DNA from: Octopus bimaculoides
Lineage: Eukaryota
Length of the DNA stretch: 64,000 nt
Direction of reading: 5' to 3'
Assembly: GCF_001194135.2 (NCBI RefSeq)
Contig: NC_068998.1
Span: 50,092,364-50,156,363 of the forward strand
Shown one piece after another: positions 44,699 through 56,759 of this stretch (positions are counted from its first letter, which is position 1; every line of letters begins with the position of its first letter). The notes beneath the pieces are model-generated. The model was not told the DNA's origin, made no database searches, and saw nothing but the letters and a program-made list of their open reading frames with translations. The position numbers were made by a program, and so were the translations under genes.

Positions 44699-45006
44699 GT
44701 GTGTGTGTATGTATGTATGTACGTATGCATGCATGTATGTATGTATATACAGGGTAAGTAAAAAGTAGCGTCCCCTTTCAAGCTAAGTCATTACATTTTT
44801 CTATTACTGGTTGTTACTGGACACTTTTGAAATCTATTAAATCTGGATCGTATATCATGAACATAGAACACAAATTAGGTGTCAATTATCTCCGAATTTG
44901 GAAGTCATACATGTCAAAACTAACAAGAATTGAACGATACACTTGACTCAATTAGTGTGTATATGTATATGTATATATGTGTGTGTGTGTGGGTGTGTGT
45001 GTGTGT

Positions 45007-45057
<51 letters not shown>

Positions 45058-45824
45058 CATGTATACACAACACAAGCGGAATGAATGATAATGTGCAGGT
45101 ACCGAAACCGTAATTAATTTTTAGATAAGAAACTGTTGATACAAATATATATTTCACATTTTGCCATTTTTCAGTGCAACTACTTAACCTGTGATACACT
45201 GTAGAGCTAGCTTTGTTACTGTTCTGTCTATTAACTGGGGGTGCTTCGATGATTAAAAGTAGTTCGGCGATACAGTTCTGCCTGCGATAACAGACGAACT
45301 AACGTCACAACAAGAGACTCAATGATGGAGTGTAAAAATGCTGTACTAATTTGTGTGGAGAGAGCAAAAATTAATCCAGCACAAAAATTAAGCTGGAATA
45401 AGTTTCAGTTGCGTCATCGGTGTATGAACATAAAACTGAGATGGAAATTGTAAAAGAATTAATGGATGAATGATTATACATCTAAGGAGCGTATATGTGT
45501 ATATGTTTACGAGTGGCATCTCAATGAAATTGATGCATACGGAGATATTACAGTTTATTAACTGTCATATATCGGCCGAGTTACATACAACGATAAAAAC
45601 AAAACACTTCCTCTCTAGCAACATACCTTCCATTCTTCTGTATTACAAGCAAATGATGTGAAGTCTCATTGATCAGTATTTACTGCATTACCGTGTAGAA
45701 AATGCAAATACAAATGTCATTATCTAATAAATATGATGCAGCATATGTTACATAAGGTTCAATGTTTAAAATAAGACATCTGGCGGTCGGTTGTATGATA
45801 ATGCACAGAATTCGATGAGACAAG

Positions 45825-45864
45825 ATAATACATTTTTCAGAGTTAACTCTTCGTCTCTCATTTG
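45825..45864 (+). pseudogene. Degenerate orphan exon 1
   Basis: Aligns with 31606-31642 together with ~600 bp of upstream sequence. ATG is changed to ATA and polar residues have entered (IIHFSELTLRLSF-G); the donor TTTG|GTAAGT is retained. Confidence 0.7.
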
Positions 45865-47147
45865 GTAAGTATTTATACATAGTTTAAGAACAAAATTGTA
45901 TTAGGGGTTTCAAACACAGGTTCAATCTTTTCTTAGAAACACGGTCTTACTGTTCTCCTGTTTTAATTTATGCTGCTTGTTGTTTGAGAAGAGACTGACA
46001 TTAAACTACTTTCACAGATGGAATTTTACGTCCCGTTTTGTAAACCAGAGAAAGAAAAGTCCATAATACAACAGTCTCAACGCAAGCTTTTCACTTGTGA
46101 GATGTACGTCGCTCTTTTTAATATTTCATAGAACTCTACGAAGACGGTTTTTGATCAGGACAATCTTGATTATATATAACAATACAAAATCATATTTCTT
46201 ACTCACTTACAACGTGAATTCTTCAAGATATTGTCACTACTGCTAAGGAAGAGCATTGAATTTTAATTGGATTTTTATGTTGTTATAGCGTTTCAGTTCG
46301 TAGATCAGATAAGCAATAATTAGGACAGTAAATACTAATAATTTAGACAAATCGGTTTAAGAATCGTTACACTGACATATTTCGATCAGATTTCACAAAT
46401 ATAATTTGTTCGTAGTTGTTTTTGTAAACAAAGTATCGTGTGCCTTTTGGCTGAGAATGGCTTCGTTAAGCGGTGCCGATTTTTACAATACTGTAAATAA
46501 TAATAACAGAATTTTATAAGCTTGAAGCTTATAGCGGTCAACGCGCATGATGTTCACTTATAACAGTACTTCGAGTTTAAGTGGCCCCAAGTTAAAAGTT
46601 TATCGTGAAAGGAAGTGTAAGGCATACACTCAAAATGAAATTTAATATTCTGCACTGTCTTATTCGCAATGAAATAACGACACTGCATATGCCTTAATGG
46701 GTGTTTCAGATGGCACTGAACGCATTTATATGGACAGCAACATCTAAAAAAAAACCTCAATCACAAAAGTTAACGTATAAAGAATTACTGTTGCATATTT
46801 CGAGCATTGCAAGTGTGAGATCTTATGTGTGTATATGAGGGAGCATTTCGTAAATCAGCGTGTGTGCATTTGAGTATGTTTCCGATCGGATTCTCTGCAA
46901 AAGTACAGTAGGGTTTTTCTTTTCTTTTATATTGTCTACTTATTCGAGAAGTTACATTTGTCGGGTGAAAGATAATGCGTAGGAACAGTTGGTTAGCATA
47001 TAATATTTCAGCTTGTCCAAACATATCACGGTATTTAATATCGTGAAGTGCAACATATGTTACATTGTGTTTCATTAAGATAAAGCACCTCTCAGACATT
47101 GTTATATCATTAGTTATATTCATTGAAGCTGAAACGACAACACCGAA

Positions 47148-47488
47148 ATGAATACTTCTGTGTTTATTTGTCTTCTCTTATTTGGTAAGTTGCTAAGCGT
47201 CGATGATTTTTTTTCCTTACATATTCACTTGTCAATAATTTTCCGTATATTTCTCTTATCACGTATGCGTATATGTACCTATGTATTTGCCTACACTTGA
47301 AAAATTACCAGGTAAATGTGAATTTATAGTCTTCGTATTTACATATTTAGCTATTTATCACTGTCCATCCTTTTGTTGCTATGTATCTCCCTGTGCGCTC
47401 GCGTATGTTATGTGCATGTATACATAGACCTATATATATATTTTATGTATGTGGATTTATTGGATGAATCTGTATTTGTGTGTATGTC

Positions 47489-47519
<31 letters not shown>

Positions 47520-50089
47520 GTGTGTGTGTGTGTGAATGTACTATATGTGGAGTATGTCCTCGAAATGTGGCCCCACTTCAGGAATTCCAAAATCTAAGGA
47601 GTGGGAAACCTTCTCTTAATGGCATCTGCTTTGCCTCGAACTTTAATACCAAGAATCCTCTATGGACCAATTCTAATTCTCTTTAGACAAGAAATCTAAA
47701 CTAAAATTCAACTTTGGTTGCTTCCACCTCTGAGTGCGATTTCAGAGGTAGCCATGGCGGGCATAATCAGACGAGGGACTTAATTTCTATAAAATATTTT
47801 AGAGAATCTCTTCGTAATACTATTTGCATAATGATTTTTGATAATCTGAAATCTACACTACGAAATATGAAAGACCTAATGTATTCATTTTCTAGGTTCC
47901 GTTGTCTCAGATACGTGCATGGAACTCGCACTTAGTGTATGTAAAATGGATTACATTGCATATTTGACGAATAGGTCCCACTGCAAGTATGTATTATTAG
48001 ATTGCAATGTTTCACATTCATATATATTTTCACACTTTTTTCTATATGTATATATGTTTGCGCGCGCACACACACACTTATACACACATATATATGTATG
48101 TAGGTATATATACATACATGTGTGTGTGTGAGGGCGCATGGCTCAGTGGTTAGAGCATCGCACTTGCGATCGTGAGGTTGTGAGTACGATTCCCGGGCAG
48201 GGCTGCGTCTTGTTTTCTTGAGCAAGACACTTTATGTCACGTTGCTCAAGTTCATTCAGCTATAGAAATGAGTTGCTATCCCATAGTTTTCCATGCCTGG
48301 AGCGGGTCACCCTTCACCCTTTATATATATATATTTATGGATATAAGTATATATATATATATATATNNNNNNNNNNACATGTATGTATGCATGTATGTAT
48401 TTATTCAAAAGAGTAAGAGTTTACAAACGATTAAATCTAGATATTGTAAAATAAATGAATGCTGTTATAAAATTGAGATCAGTTACATGGAACAAAGTGT
48501 GTTGATAAATAACATGTGAAGACTGGGAGAAATGTTAAATGTATCGAGTACTACAATTTATTTAATCGGAGCTCGCATGCTCCTACAGCAGTGATTTTTA
48601 ACGATATGTAGAAATTCATTTCTCAGGGACTTGATATTATATCCTACTTAAAATTATATCTTTGTACTCAAATTAGGACTGAAAACCAATTCAATGGATT
48701 CTTCAAACGGCTTTAGGTAGATATTTTATTCCTAATATTTGTACACAATTATTCAGATCCAGCGGCGAGTTTATGACATAAATCTCCTCTTAAATTTGTA
48801 GTTTTTAACACACACTAGAAGGAGAAAAGATAAATTTAAATACGATTGTTATGGTGCCTCAATATAATGATGAGGGCGATTTGAACATTAACGTTTTAAC
48901 TTCTGAATTAAGACAAATTTGTATTCCAGGACACGTAAAGAGTTTATGAACTGCTTTAAAGGAGAGGATGATTACTGTTACACTCAATTTCACAAACTGC
49001 TTTCTTGCAAGGTAAGATGTTTGTCATTCCCGTAATTTTGTGGAAGACAATTGCAGCAAATAATGAAAGTAATAAGCAATATACGATAACGTAAATATTC
49101 CATACCGTAATGCAAGAGTTTTGACTGCCACACTCAGCCAAAGCAAGGATATTGCCTTCTTTCTTTTCACACTGATTACACTATATACTGCGCGTTGATC
49201 GAAGGAGGTTGTATACAGATTATTAGGAATATATTTATAACGTAACATTAAATGCAACTATGTTTTGTTCATTCACTATTCATTATACTTTCGCACTGTA
49301 CTTTCAGATGCATAACTCTAGCAACCGACGGGAGGTACGTTGATTTAATTGTTACTGAACTGTTAATGAACTGTTTTTACTGAATTATGTTTTATATAAA
49401 TCTCGTTTCTCGATAGCATCATTTTTTTCATATTAGTCTTGAGCTCGTTCACAGTGACATCTTGAATTATACACAGCATATCATTACAATTCTAATATAT
49501 TAACAATTCTTATATAAGTTGCTTATTATTCCTAATACCTTAAATAATTGATCATACAGTCGAAGTAAATATCGAAGATATATTCCAGGGGACTGAAGAT
49601 TCAAGATCAAGAAAATCTATGTGATAGCTTCTCTGCCAAATGTGATAAAAAAAACAACATTTATAGGGGAATCCAGCTGGATTCACCTCAGCCTGAAAGT
49701 GTTTCACCGAGTAGCCAGCACTGCTTCCTTCAATGGGGAGCTAGGGCAGAATGACACATCGTTGATAAAAACATTTCATCAACCGTATCTTTATCAGCTC
49801 AACAAATATAAACTGGTCTTGAAATTGAGATATATCGACCTTTTCTCCGTTTTTTTTTTGTTTTTTCTTAGGTTTCTTGCCACTTTTCACCAAGACTAAC
49901 TTAACTAACCTTGGTACAAAATAACATGCAGTAATGCATTGTAAACTATATAGAGAACATTTTTATATACGTCAAATCACACTATTTTCAATATGCATGA
50001 ATAACCATAGTTTTCAATTCTCTTTACAGATAAAACTTCAACCACTGTTCCTTCCAGCTATTGTGTTTACATCGGTCATGCGTGACTAA
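47148..50089 (+). CDS. Gene H: 98-aa signal-peptide, 6-Cys, putative GPI-anchored protein
   Basis: Exons 47148-47184, 47896-47986, 48930-49011, 49308-49334, 50030-50089: MNTSVFICLLLFGSVVSDTCMELALSVCKMDYIAYLTNRSHCKTRKEFMNCFKGEDDYCYTQFHKLLSCKMHNSSNRREIKLQPLFLPAIVFTSVMRD*. Confidence 0.92.
48132..48280 (+). mobile_element. tRNA-derived SINE (5' part)
   Basis: GGCGCATGGCTCAGTGGTTAGAGC...GTACGATTCC then CTTGAGCAAGACACTTTATGTCACGTTGCTC; a degenerate homolog lies at 40021-40175. Confidence 0.7.
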
Positions 50090-51059
50090 ATAAAGAGTAT
50101 TTTGCAATAATGTACTGATTTCGTTATTTTGTAATTATGACACCATGTAATTTTTCTTTTTTTTTTCTTTGGTCAGTGCTACTTCCTATTTGTTTCTATA
50201 TGTAAATTTAAGGAAAAGACTAATATTTCCTTCAAACTGTGATTGTTTGAACCGAACAACAATGATTTGCAACTAACCAACATTTCATTACATTTCAGAG
50301 AGAAATTCAGCGCTGATTTGCTGAAGCGGGATAATAGTTAAAGCAAAAATGCTGTTCAATACCATAGACTTGCTTAAGCATTTATGCATGTCCCTTAGGT
50401 TTGCCAATATGTGCATTTTGAAACATGAGCCGGAATAGTGGGGGAGTATTATAGGCATATAGTGACAAGGATTCTATGTGGTGCAAATGAGTACAGGAAA
50501 AGCAAGTTGCCAAAGAAATATTAAATAGTTTCAATTTCTAGTCATATGTAAGGAGAATATAACAATCGCTACCACAGCACAATAGACGTGCTACGCAGTG
50601 TAATGTATACCAGAGGTATGTCTAAGGACTGTCACAAAAAAGGAAATACGAAAGCCAGAAATGTGTATATGTAAGTATGGTATATACATATATTCATTTT
50701 TATATAAATATATGTATATATAGACACATTCTATCATATATATGTACATATATGTACATTCATGCATACGCATACATACATACACAGCATGTGAGGGGCA
50801 GATTGTTGACATATTACACTTTTGATTTCGCTCATGTGCATTCATTATTTTTTATTTTGTCTACTACAAATATATTAGGTTCAGAAACACAGCACCATGA
50901 CGCAATTCACTCGGCAAGGAATATGGAACCGATATGCTGTACTGTCTGGCATAGGCGCTGGAAGCTTCAATACAAATATTTCAGAGTGTATGAGTGTCAA
51001 TCTGTGAACTTGCCGTTTTCCCAAAGCATGTACAGAGCGTGATAATAATCAAACATCCA

Positions 51060-51235
51060 GTAACTTCATTGGGTTTGTAGTGATCACTAGTGATAGTAAC
51101 AGTATGCTTCTATTCATCTTCTCACACGGTCACAGACTCAACACAGAGGCTTACGTAAAATGCCTGGGGGAGGTTGTGTTACCCTGGGTTACGAGGATGG
51201 CTGCTGGAAGAACCTGTATCTGGCAATATGAATAT
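51060..51235 (+). mobile_element. Tc1-like transposase remnant
   Basis: Translation HGHRLNTEAYVKCLGEVVLPWVTRMAAGRTCIWQ resembles the region preceding the second Asp (xQQD) of IS630/Tc1 DDE transposases. Confidence 0.65.
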
Positions 51236-51723
51236 GTTTTGTATTCTATACTCTTTCAAGCTGAACTCTCAGTCTGATTTCTTTGTTGCACGTGAAGTTA
51301 TATAACTAATGGAAATTTAAATAAAGAACATTCTACAATAATGTTCTGACGGCCTCATTTTATATTTATAATGGAAGTATTAGAAAAGTATGTCTGTAAA
51401 AGTGTCATAAATGTGGACAAAATTAAACGCCCGGGGGACATTTTTTATTTGTTCCACACTAACAAACTTTTAAGATCACCAGCATGGATAGAATATAATA
51501 TTTAAATTCATACTTGAGAAATGACGTTTTATGGCCAATCTTCAGTTTATAGGACTGGTGGTTTGAAACAGGTGTTAGAGATGTAAAAATACTAACGCAC
51601 ATGGTGCATAACTGCGCAGATACACACACGTACACACAAGCACCCATAAGTATGTGTGTATGTATATGCATATATATGTATGTGCTTGTGTGTTTAGATA
51701 CATACACGCACACACACACACAG

Positions 51724-51792
<69 letters not shown>

Positions 51793-51911
51793 TATATATA
51801 TTCATGTTTGCATGTATTTATGTATGCATGTATGTGTCTATTCATGTTTGCATGTATATGTGTATGTATGTATGTATGTATATACAGGGTGAGTCAAAAC
51901 TGCCTGCCACA

Positions 51912-52025
51912 TCATTATTATTATTATTGTTACTATTATTATCATCATTATTAGTATTATTGTTATTATTATTAGTATTACTATCATTAGTAGTAGTAGT
52001 AGTAGTAGCAGCAGCAGCAGCAGTG

Positions 52026-52078
<53 letters not shown>

Positions 52079-52095
52079 TGCAGTAGTATGATTAT
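51912..52095. repeat. (ATT)n(AGT)n(AGC)n compound microsatellite
   Basis: Seen directly. Confidence 0.95.
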
Positions 52096-52655
52096 TAAAT
52101 CTACCCATCTACGATGGAAGTATGAAATGCGGGAGGACAGTCGTAACAACTGTGTGCATTGAGAAATGTGTAAATAGACTTGAGAGAATACTGGGGATGT
52201 CTTAGAGAAATCACATTATTGTTGGTGGTACAACGTTGGATGGCAGCAGCATGCCATGAAATTGCGACTAATTGACATGTGATGAGGATTCACTATGGAA
52301 CTCAGTCTGTGTGAGTGTCAACATGCGTCCCTCCCTGTAGGATTTCCATCGGCACTTCTGAAAAAGTACAGCAGGCTGTTTCTTTTCTTCGATCTTGTCT
52401 CCTACTTCGTGATGTTTAATAAGTTTGGTGAGAAACAATTTCTTTATCATAAAATTATTCCCTTTGTTCTGTATGGTTATGAAATGACGTGTAGGAACAG
52501 TTAGAATACAATGTTTCACCTTGTTCCAACATACCATGATATTCAACATCCTGCGGTGCACCATGTGTTACATCGTTTTTAATTAAGGTAAAACACCTCT
52601 ATAACACTGTTATATCTTTATTCATATTCAAAGTAGCTGAATGGCAAAGACCGAA

Positions 52656-54019
52656 ATGAAACTTCCTGCATTTATTTTAGTTCTCTTCTTTGGTAAGTTG
52701 CTATGCGATCATCTTTTCTTTACATATATATTTGTCAATAACTTTCAGTACATCTCCATTATCAATCATTTGTATATGCACCTATATATTTGCCTATCCG
52801 TTACAATTAACATGTATATATAAATGTAATATTTTTTGTATATACGTATTTAACAATTTGTTACTAGCCATCACTTTGTTCTTACACAGACACACACATA
52901 TTTATATACACATATACACATGTGTGATTTGTAGGCATATATATATGTAGTATGTGCTCGTAATGCAGCTGTAGTTCATGAATTCCAAATGTTGAGTTGT
53001 GAGAAACCTCGTGTTAACGACTATTGTTGTTATGCATGATGTGGCCAGGAATCGTAGTGACAAGTTTTGTCTCGTTGGCATATGAACCAACATTTATTCG
53101 GTGTTGTATTATGCATAAAATGCATATTGAAATTCATTTTTGCTTGTTTCAAGCTCTATCGTGCCACCAGTCTAGTTACTGAGTGCGCCTTTAGACGTAG
53201 CATCGTTTGAAAATCATCAGACGAGGGATTTAATTACTATAAAATGTTTAAAAGTTACCCTCCATAAAGTAAAATTTATACTACGTAATGATGTTCATTT
53301 TCTAGGTTCCGTTCTCTCACAGGATTGCGATGATCTCGCAGTTAGGAATTGCGAATGGATATTTAACCTTTATACAGAGAGGAAAAACGATTGCAAGTAT
53401 GTAGTATTATTTTACTACATGTTATATTCATATAGTGTAAAGAAACTATTTTATTTGTATATGTATATAAGTGTGTGAGTATATATATATATATATATGT
53501 ATGTATGTAGGTATGTGAACGTCCTCTTAGGACCTCCCATTTAGTCCAGTCACACTGATATACCAGCCCCACGGCCCTTCATCGTCTTTCGTCCTCCTGG
53601 TATGGCATTCCCGCCTGGATCATGGCATTCTTGTCCCTAATGTCTGCTCCCTCCCATTATTGGAAAGTAGAAGAACCGAAGCCATAGGCACTTCTGCACT
53701 TGTATATCTATACTATATATAAAACGGAGGTGTGTGTGTAATCGCTTTTCACGTGAAAACGGCTTCACTATTTACTTCCATACTTGTGATACATAAATAA
53801 TTTGACCTCGGATAAATCTTAGGCTCTTCATTTGATTTTTTTATCTCTAATTAAAAATAAATAATATATAAAGCAATATTTATTTTTAATTAGAGATTAA
53901 AAAGATCAAATGAAGAGCCTAACATTTATCCGAGGTCAAATTATTTACGCATCACAAGTATGGAAGCATTAGGTGAAGTCGATTACACACACATCTCTGT
54001 TTTATATATAGTATAGATT

Positions 54020-54053
<34 letters not shown>

Positions 54054-56759
54054 CACACGCACACACACACACACTCTTCCATTTCATCTGATGTGTGATA
54101 CTCTGTGTGTATGCGTGCGCGTGCGTGTGTGCTTTCGTGCGTGCGTGAGGGGTTCCACAATCGCAATTTATTTCAATTACTCTTGTGAGGATATTCACGT
54201 AAATCATTTTTTTCATTTAAGCCACATTTTAATTTTCGTAAAAGTGTCCAAGTACCANNNNNNNNNNNNNNNNNNNNNNNNNNNNNNNNNNNNNNNNNNN
54301 NNNNNNNNNNNNNNNNNNNNNNNNNNNNNNNNNNNNNNNNNNNNNNNNNNNNNNNNNNNNNNNNNNNNNNNNNNNNNNNNNNNNNNNNNNNNNNNNNNNN
54401 NNNNNNNNNNNNNNNNNNNNNNNNNNNNNNNNNNNNNNNNNNNNNNNNNNNNNNNNNNNNNNNNNNNNNNNNNNNNNNNNNTATATATGGGAGAATATAC
54501 AAATAATAACAACAGACGAGGACAGGTGGTGTAAATAACAAAAGTATATATTAGTATGACGCTCGGGAATACGGAAAGTCTTTGACGTTTCGAGCTACGC
54601 TCTTCAACAGAAAGAATACGGAGACAAGGAGAAAAACACGGAGGAAAAAAATTGAATAGTGTTCAGTCAACGGTCAATCATAATAATGGCCGATCATAAC
54701 AATGGCTGACCGGAAGTTAGAAATTCTTATTTCAGGAGAGCTAAGAAAGGGGGATATATATATATATATTAAGTGCAACGTTGTATTTAATGAGAGCAAG
54801 CGCGCTTCTACAGGATATGTTTTTCTAAGATATAGAAATCCATTTGCTCAGGGGCTTAATATCAATCAATACTCAACATTATATCTTATTCAAATTAGCA
54901 CTGAAAACAAATGTAACTGATTCTTCCACCAGACGGTAGATATATATTTAATTATTAATGTTTTTACAACAAGATTCATATCCAGTCACATGGTTGCGAA
55001 GAAAAATCTCTCAGCATACATTCATACTTGTGATCAAATTTGTAGTTTCTAACAAACACTAGGAATAGGAAAAATAAAGTTAATCACACATGTTTTCTGA
55101 TATTTAAATATAATGATAAATTCGATTTGAACTTTTAATTTTCATCTCCTAAACTTCAGGATAAATTTGTATTTCAGCGCATACAGGAAATTTATGAGAT
55201 GCTTTCGTGGAGAAAGTCTATTCTGTTATACAATATACGAAAGCAGTCGTAATTGCAAGGTAAGATATTTGTTACTCTCATAACATTATGGGAGGCAATT
55301 ACATAAAAAAAAATGATATTAATAAACAATATTCCATACCGTAATTCATTCCATTTCATACACAAGGGAATTTATGAAAAAGGTTGAGATTTTGTTTTGC
55401 AATAGAAGCAATTAATAGTATTTCAACAAAAATAGAAATAGTTGGAAGTGGAAATTAAATAAATTATGCTATTTATTTGCGGCATGTACATTAGGTATTC
55501 GAAACATAACATCACAATCTAATGCAGGTGAGGTGTTATAGCAAAAACGTTTATGGCCCAATTTGGGTAACCCGCGTACAATTTAGTAAGAATTTATTTA
55601 CTAAGGGACATGAAATATTAGTACATTTTATTCATTCACTATTCATTATGCATTTCAGCCAATTGACGGCACGAGTGACCCACATGAGGTACGTTTATTT
55701 CATTGTAACTGAATTATTAATGAAATAATTTTACTGATTTACAATTGATATAAATTCCAATTATGGACATAATCTAGTTTTGCATATCTGTCGTCAGTAA
55801 CATCTTGAATTATACACAGAATATCGTTAGAATGCAACTATATTACATGTTTATAATTATTTTAATTAATATCATAATAGTATTAACAGTAGTATTAACA
55901 ATATGTAAAATAATACTTCAATATTATTACTATACATGAACTACGAATTTCGAATAACAATTCTCAATTCATTTTCATATTATCTGCATATATTTAAAAA
56001 TACATCATATTGTTGAAGTCAATATCGAAGATATTTTCCAGGGGACTGAACATTTAAGATTAACAAATGTGAAGAAAACAAACTTATATAACCTGGTCTT
56101 GAAATCAATATATCTCGGGCATTTTCGCAATTTTTTGGAGACCTTATAAATTTTCATGGAGAATCACCCAACTTATCTTTTTAGATTATATACAGAAAAT
56201 GTTTATATAAGTGAAATCACACTATTTTCGGTATTATTTAATTTTTTTTCACCTGTGGGATTTTCAATAAATATTTTTTTAAAAACTCGGATTTTTGCGT
56301 GGAATCAAGTACACTGACCTTCTAATATACTTCAAACTCTTTATATTTGTTTGGAAAAAAGGGGTAGGTGGGAAACCGGACTCCCTCCCCCGTATCCCGG
56401 TATCATAGAATTTTTTTTTTTTTATTCAATGTATTTCGGCGACCTCCTAATATGCTACAAAACCTATCTTTGATACGGAAAACGGGATGGGGTGAGATGG
56501 AAGCTGCGAATATTTCGCTCCCACTCTCATTCATATTTCCATCTTCACGATTTTCACTGGGAAAAGAAAATGGAAGTACACTGGCGCAAAAAATCCGATT
56601 TTTTTTTTCTTCTTAGTAACTATCTTGCGAGTGAAAGGATCAAATTTTACCCTATTTTCGATATGCGTGAATAACGTGAGTTTTCACTTCTCTTTACAGA
56701 TGAAACTTCAATCACTGTTCCTTCCTGCTGCTGTGGTTATATCGGTCATGCATGAATAA
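52656..56759 (+). CDS. Gene I: 99-aa signal-peptide, 6-Cys, putative GPI-anchored protein
   Basis: Exons 52656-52692, 53306-53396, 55178-55259, 55659-55688, 56700-56759: MKLPAFILVLFFGSVLSQDCDDLAVRNCEWIFNLYTERKNDCNAYRKFMRCFRGESLFCYTIYESSRNCKPIDGTSDPHEMKLQSLFLPAAVVISVMHE*. An in-frame upstream ATG at 52641 would add MAKTE. Confidence 0.92.
53706..54018. mobile_element. ~310 bp fold-back element with Helitron-like ends, in intron 2 of gene I
   Basis: The left arm ATCTATACTATATATAAAACGGAGGTGTGTGTGTAATCG... is the reverse complement of the right arm through to a ~13 nt loop near 53864-53876. Confidence 0.8.
54579..54615 (-). ncRNA. Second copy of the hammerhead-like motif
   Basis: Identical motif within a ~160 bp repeat (54482-54645) nearly identical to 5839-6000. 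Confidence 0.45.

Noticed and set aside
48132-48205. tRNA-like sequence with A and B boxes
   Set aside because: The acceptor stem does not close well and it continues into a repeat body shared with 40021-40175, so it is a SINE head.
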